Below, one piece after another: positions 58,571-64,000 of a DNA stretch of 64,000 bases. The first letter of the stretch is position 1, and each line of letters starts with the position of its first letter. The notes below the pieces were generated by a model that saw nothing but the letters and a program-made list of their open reading frames with translations, searched no databases and was not told where the DNA came from. A program made the translations under genes and the position numbers. The stretch is from the human T2T-CHM13v2.0 reference genome, Homo sapiens: assembly GCF_009914755.1 (NCBI RefSeq), contig NC_060933.1; one strand, written 5' to 3'.

Positions 58571-60126
58571 GAGCGACTCGCTTCCTGCTCCTCTCATGCC
58601 TGGCTTTCTTCACCGGCCACGAGTAGGCTCGAAGGAGATGGTGGCCAGGGTCCCGTCCAGCCCATGCCCAGTGCCTGGGTGTCCAGAGGGAGGAAGGCCT
58701 GGCAGCATCACCAGCGTTCACCTGGTGCTGACGCTGTGCCGAGCCACGGATGGGCACAGTCTAATCTTCCCCCACAGCCCTCCGAAGCAGATACTGTTAC
58801 TGTCCGACTTCTACAGAGGAGCGAAGTGGGGTGCAGGCCAGAGAGTGGCCAGTTGGGTTTCAAACGCCTGCGGCTGCGTGCCTATACGCTGCATTCAGGG
58901 AAAGGCGCTGTGGAGGAATAAGAAAGGGAAACGGAAAACGGCCCAGCCTAGACCTGGGCACCTCCCACTGCCAAGAACTGTACCAGGTGTTTTGCCTCTG
59001 TTATGGAATTCTCACAGTAATTGTATGACCTAAGTATATAGTCCCCATTTTACAGATGGGGAAACCGACCCTTGGAGATGTTCAGAAATGTGTCCCTTGC
59101 CACAGAGCGGGTATGTGAGATGAACTACAATGATACTCTCATAGGCAAGAGAGCTTTACAGCTTATAAAGCACTTTCTCATGCACTTCTTCTCGCCGAAT
59201 TTGCACAAGAATTTGAAGAAGGCGTCCTGCTCTCTCTGGTGCCAGTAGGAAAATCGAGGCCCAGCATGGGTTGCCCAAGATCACCAGCAAGGGAGTGCCA
59301 AGCCAGGACTCCAAGCCCCGCCTTGAAGGCCTTGAACGAGATGGCTCAGGCACAGGCTCTGCTCGTTCCCTCTCCCCATTCTTTGGGGAGCTAGGAAGGA
59401 GTCATACACTGGGGTCTGCTGGAAGATGCTCGGGGCCATGGGGAAGAGCAGGAAAGGGGAAAGGGGCTCCCACGAAGGAAGGCATTTGCTGGAGGAACCA
59501 TAAATTAGGCCCCCAAACAGTTGTTTTTCGCCCATTGTCTCTGCCTCTCTGCCTGCCTGCCTGCCTCCTTAAGGTTGTCTCCCGAGAGGGAGGTACGCAG
59601 GTTCTTAACTGATAAAATGTGCCAGCAGTTAAAAGATACAAACCTGACCAATCGTCCTTTTCAGAAAAGAGATGTTCACGGAACAAAAGTACTATTCAGA
59701 AGTGCTGGATGGCGTTTGTGTCTGAGACAGAAAGGAAACGAAGAGCGAGAAGATGAAGAAGGAGGGAGGGGGAGCGGCGGGGAGCGGGGGAGGAGAAAGG
59801 ATCAGGAGCTGGAAGGGTTGTCCAGACTCAGTGGGTCCTAACCGAGGCTCCGGAAGGGCAGGACCTGACTCAGACCACACCGCAAGGCCACGGCTGAGTC
59901 AGGATGAGAAACCCAGGCTTCTCCAGTGTCGTGTCAGGCTCACCTTACTTCTGACAGCTGCCCTCAGCTACGACTTGAATTATTTGTGTTTCAGAAACAT
60001 GGAGCTGAAATTCTGCCAGCATGAATTCCAGTTGGTATTTCTTTCCTTTTCTTCTGACCCTAAGCTGAACAATCCTATCATGAAACTTAGTAATATAAAT
60101 AAAATGATCATTAAAAAAGAAAGAAA

Positions 60127-60404
60127 GCCTGTAATCCTGGCATTTTGGGAGCCTGAGGCAGGAGGATTGCTTGAGCCCAAGAGTTCAAGACCAGCCTAGG
60201 CAACAAAGCGAGATCTTGTCTTGACAAAAAAATTTTAAAAAATAGCCGGGTGTGGTGGTGCATGCCTGCAGTCCCAGCTACTCAGGAGGCTGAAGTGGAA
60301 GGATCACTTGAGCCCACGAGGTCAAGGCTGCAGTGAGCTGTGTTTGCACCACTGCACTCCAGCCTGGGCAACAGAGTGAGACCCTGTCTCAAAAAAAAAA
60401 AAAA
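60127..60404 (+). mobile_element. AluJ-like, 5'-truncated
   Basis: Begins at gcctgtaatcctggcattttggga and has a poly-A tail. Confidence 0.9.
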
Positions 60405-61559
60405 AGAGAGAGAGAGAGAAAACAAAAAATCTGGGAATTTAGAACGTTCTCAACGAGATCTTTTTGAGGAATCTAGATTCAGAGTAAAAACACTTTGCTC
60501 TGATAATAGAAATAAGAAAATAATAGGTGATATTTTTGAAACTTGCCATGTGCCAGTGCTAATCAAAATACTATAGGCAACATTTTCTAATTACCAGAAA
60601 AGGCAGGAATTATTATCCCCCTTTGACAGGTGAGGAAATTGAAGCTCAAAGAAGCTAAAGCCCTTTGCTGTCAAAGCTCACACTGCTAGTAAAAGGAAAG
60701 GCAAGGCTCAAACCCCAGTCTACCCACGGTGCCACCTGCTGTGGCTTAAAACCCACATGTGACCAGCCGGCTGTGCTTGAAGGTGACCAACTTGCAGGTG
60801 TGACAGGGAAGTGTGCGCAGCAGTGTTAGGAAAGCTTCAGAAATGGCGTACCCCTGAGTGATGCAACAGACTCTGAGCCAAGGTCCCCCTGAGCTCAGCC
60901 AGACAGGATAATGGGGGAACAGGCAGAACTGCGAAAAAGTAGAATCAAAGCCCCATGTTGGAGAGAGCTGAGGATATTCCCCTGGAGAACACAGCCTCAT
61001 ACGGATGTCATCCTGTTGTGACACCCTCTGTGAGAGGCAGACTGGGATGGCCGGTAAGCACCTAGGTACTAGTCCCAACACTGCCACTATATTGAGCTGT
61101 GTGACCTTGGGAAATTGTCTCACTCTCTCTGTATCTCTATAAAATGGGGATAATAAGAGTATCCACCTGGTACAGTGGTTGTGAGTATTACATGAGTTAA
61201 TAATTTAAAATCCACAGAGTCAATACTCAGTAAATGTTAGCCGTTATAGTTATCCCATATTGCAGTTCCTCTTTGGTGCTGTGATCTATACACATCTGGA
61301 GCACATGCTTAGGTATGGCAGGCAGAAAGAGGACCACAGGCACCAGTATCCATATGTATGCATGTGTGCATGTAGATCACGAAAGAGCTCCCTCCCCGTC
61401 TAGAATGGCTGTCACAAGATCCTGGAGGATGGAGACTCTGGGGTCAGGCAGGACTTGGGGAACGTTTGATGTGCAAGGCTCTGTGTTCTGCTCAGCAGCC
61501 TCCACTCATTCCCCAGATGAGCCCATGGCTTCTGTGACATCCATGGCCCCCATTCGGTA

Positions 61560-62440
61560 CCTATTTGCTGTTGTGAACCAGGCCCTGTGCTGGGCACTAA
61601 GGTGACATTGGTGACTGCTCCAGACACAGTTCCTGCCTTCATGGAGCTCACAGTCTTGCTGGGAAAACAGGCGAGTGACAAATGTGATATTTTGATGAAC
61701 AGGCAGGTTCTGTGTGCTGGGGGGGAGTTGGGTTGGAGGGGAGCATCTGAGAAGCCCTCACTTAGGAAGTGACACAAGCTAGATCCTGAAGTTTGGGATG
61801 TCAGCCAGGTAAACAGTAGGGTGAGGGAGGAAGACAGTTTTTCAAGCAGTGGGAAGAGCATAATAAAAGGCACTCTTTATTGAGCACTTATTATATATGG
61901 GGTCATCCTGAGCACTTTACATGCATAATCTCATTCAATTCATATAACAGTCCAATCACAAGCACAATTGGGAAACTGAGGCTCAGAGATTGGTCCAAGA
62001 TTCCAGGAGTAGTCATTGTTGAGTCAGCACTAGAACTCGGGTTGTCTGACTCCTAGGTTGCAAACAGGACAGAGCATGTGGTGTTTAAGGAATGGAAAGA
62101 GGTTTGGTATGACTGGAGTGCGCATGAAAAGAGGAGAGTGGAGAGGGCCTGGCAGCCTTGTTAAGAAGTTTGCATAGCTTCTGAGAACAATGGGCAGATT
62201 TGAAGGTTAAAACCCTTCAGGCAAGTCATTGATCAGAATTTTCTTTCAGCTGCTATGTGGAGGGCAGACTATTATTTGGACAAGTCAACGACATTGGAGA
62301 TGGGGACCAGCCAGCAGGCTACAGCAATAGTCCAAATGAGAGAAGAGAGTGCTTGGACCAAGGCAGTAGCAATGGGGATGGAGAGAAATGAGCAGATTCA
62401 ATGGATATTTAGGACAGAGATGCAGTGACCTTGAGCAAAC
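61560..62440 (-). mobile_element. L2 fragments interrupted by a MIR (~61875-62060)
   Basis: ccaggccctgtgctgggcact..cctgccttcatggagctcacagtct (antisense L2) and the MIR core gggaaactgaggctcagaga. Confidence 0.7.
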
Positions 62441-62548
62441 GCTTGCCATAAGGCAGGCCTTTTTCCGTGGTGACATGTAGAGGCACAAACTTTCTAAGCA
62501 GTGAAGATGGTGGAGCCCCTGCTTCCCGCTAATTTAAATTCCAGAGAA

Positions 62549-62843
62549 GGCCGGGCGCAGTGGCTCACGCCTGTAATCCCAGCACTTTGGGAGGCCAAGA
62601 CAGGTGGATTGCTTGAGCTCATGAGTTTGAGACCAGCCTGGACAACATGGTGAAATCCCATCTCTACAAAAAATACAAAAATTAACCAGGCATGGCGGTT
62701 CATGCCTGTAGCCCCAGCTACTCCGAGGCTGAGCTGGGAGGATGGCTTGAGCCCAGGAGGCAGAGGTTGCAGTGAGCTGAGATCACACCTCTGCACTCCA
62801 GCCTGGGCGGTAGAGCCAGACCTTGTCTCAAAAAAAAAAAAAA
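62549..62843 (+). mobile_element. AluJ-like
   Basis: Alu consensus, with aaattccag on both flanks. Confidence 0.92.
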
Positions 62844-63465
62844 ATTCCAGCAAAAATTATAAAATCACAACACTCTCCTTTTCCTAAAGCACCAAAAAGA
62901 TTTCAAAAGCATTTTTCCATCTTCTATTTTATGTAAGTCTAAGAGGAAGATGTGACTATAATCTCCACAGATGTGAGAAGTGACCTACCCAAGGTCACAT
63001 GGCTGACAGAAAGATCTAGAATCTAACTCCAGCTCTAGTGCTCTCTGGTACACCACAGAGTGTCAGAGCCCAAAAGAACCTCAAAAATCGTCTGCTCCAA
63101 TTTCCACATTTTAATATGCGGAAAACAAGGCCCAGAGAGAAGTGACTTGGCCAAGGTCACACAGCAAGTAAAGGCTTAGAGTAGAACCAAGGACTCTACT
63201 CCCAGAAAGGTTTATATCAAGGCATTTGGACCATGGAGGTGAGAAAGGACCAGATTAATCCCCACTAGCAATGGTCCAGCCTCCCCCTCCCTGACTGAAT
63301 GCTGCTGAAGAAGTGAGACTTCAGCTAATGGTCAGCCCACCTGGGCACTGCCACCTCCGACCCAGTTACAAGCATACCAAGCTCATGAATGGCCGGTACA
63401 CACTGCCCTGCTACCCTACCCCTCTTGTTCCTAACCTGGACAGCAACTAAGCTGTCCTGGGTCGA

Positions 63466-63484
63466 TGGTGCCACCTGGTGGCTG
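63466..63484 (-). promoter_or_regulatory. Strong CTCF motif match (CAGCCACCAGGTGGCACCA)
   Basis: The core CCACCAGGTGGCAC fits the CCASYAGRKGGCRS consensus exactly. Occupancy is unknown. Confidence 0.55.
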
Positions 63485-64000
63485 GTGCTGGGAAGTGTCT
63501 GACTCCCTCACTTTCGTCCTCCACTGTTCAGTCCCTCAAGAGGCTATGCCTTTCTTTCTATTTCCTCTCATAGATCAGTTAATTTTGCTACAAGCAATGT
63601 GTTTCTCACACATACCTTCTCTCACACCTTTTATCCTTCTTCCTCTCTCAATTTTTCTCAAATTACCTTAAGACATTCTCTTGTTCTCCCTCTCCCACAG
63701 TTTATTCTAACACAGGGATAAAATGCCCCAAGGAAGGACTAACACAAATGTTAATTTGTACTAATAAAAATGAAAACTAGAAATTTCAAAGTAAAATTAA
63801 ACACATGCGGGCACACACACACCTCGCCCCCACCCCCCAACCCTCCCACACACACACATGAGTCAACCAGAAACATTCCAGAAACACCCAGAAGCCCCTG
63901 TGGAATCAGAACAAAAATCTCCCCTTTCTCAACTGTCTTTTAGACCTGCTTTTCCTCAAATGCCAGGAGTCAAGATAAATACCAAACCCACTTCTTTATT

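Noticed and set aside
57259-59033. Long ORFs (219, 238, 248, 191 and 154 aa) over the CpG island
   Set aside because: These are Pro/Arg/Ala/Gly-rich, overlap in several frames and on both strands, and show no recognisable domain, as expected from stop-codon scarcity in GC-rich DNA.

Overview
Primate (almost certainly human) genomic DNA from the middle of PAX5, the B-cell commitment and midbrain-hindbrain paired-box transcription factor gene (9p13), which is transcribed on the minus strand. The only coding sequence I can support is one 176-nt internal exon at 38470..38295. It reads (G)[58 protein letters not shown], the partial-homeodomain exon (exon 6). Positions 38471-64000 are therefore intron 5 and 1-38294 are intron 6. 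The rest is about 25 Alus, many MIR/L2 fragments, an old ~4.8-kb L1 block in the same orientation as the gene, a probable MER20B-like hAT element, microsatellites, a 48-bp minisatellite, an intronic CpG island (~57.7-58.6 kb) and several repeat-free, TAAT-rich blocks that look like conserved enhancers. All other ORFs in the track appear to be noise. The most unusual signals are: (1) an interlocked double inverted duplication (A-B-A'-...-B') of mostly unique sequence at 13.0-15.2 kb, whose two pairings overlap and so compete; (2) UG-tract/AG acceptor units on the sense strand, one giving an immediate stop after exon 6 (candidate poison exon); (3) an in-frame alternative donor 90 nt past exon 6 inside a 161-codon open read-through; (4) a tight EBF/NF-kB/E-box cluster in intron 5; (5) a GGAA microsatellite and an Alu-tail (GGAAA/GGAAC)n repeat. 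These are hypotheses from sequence alone. I found no clear evidence of a new gene.
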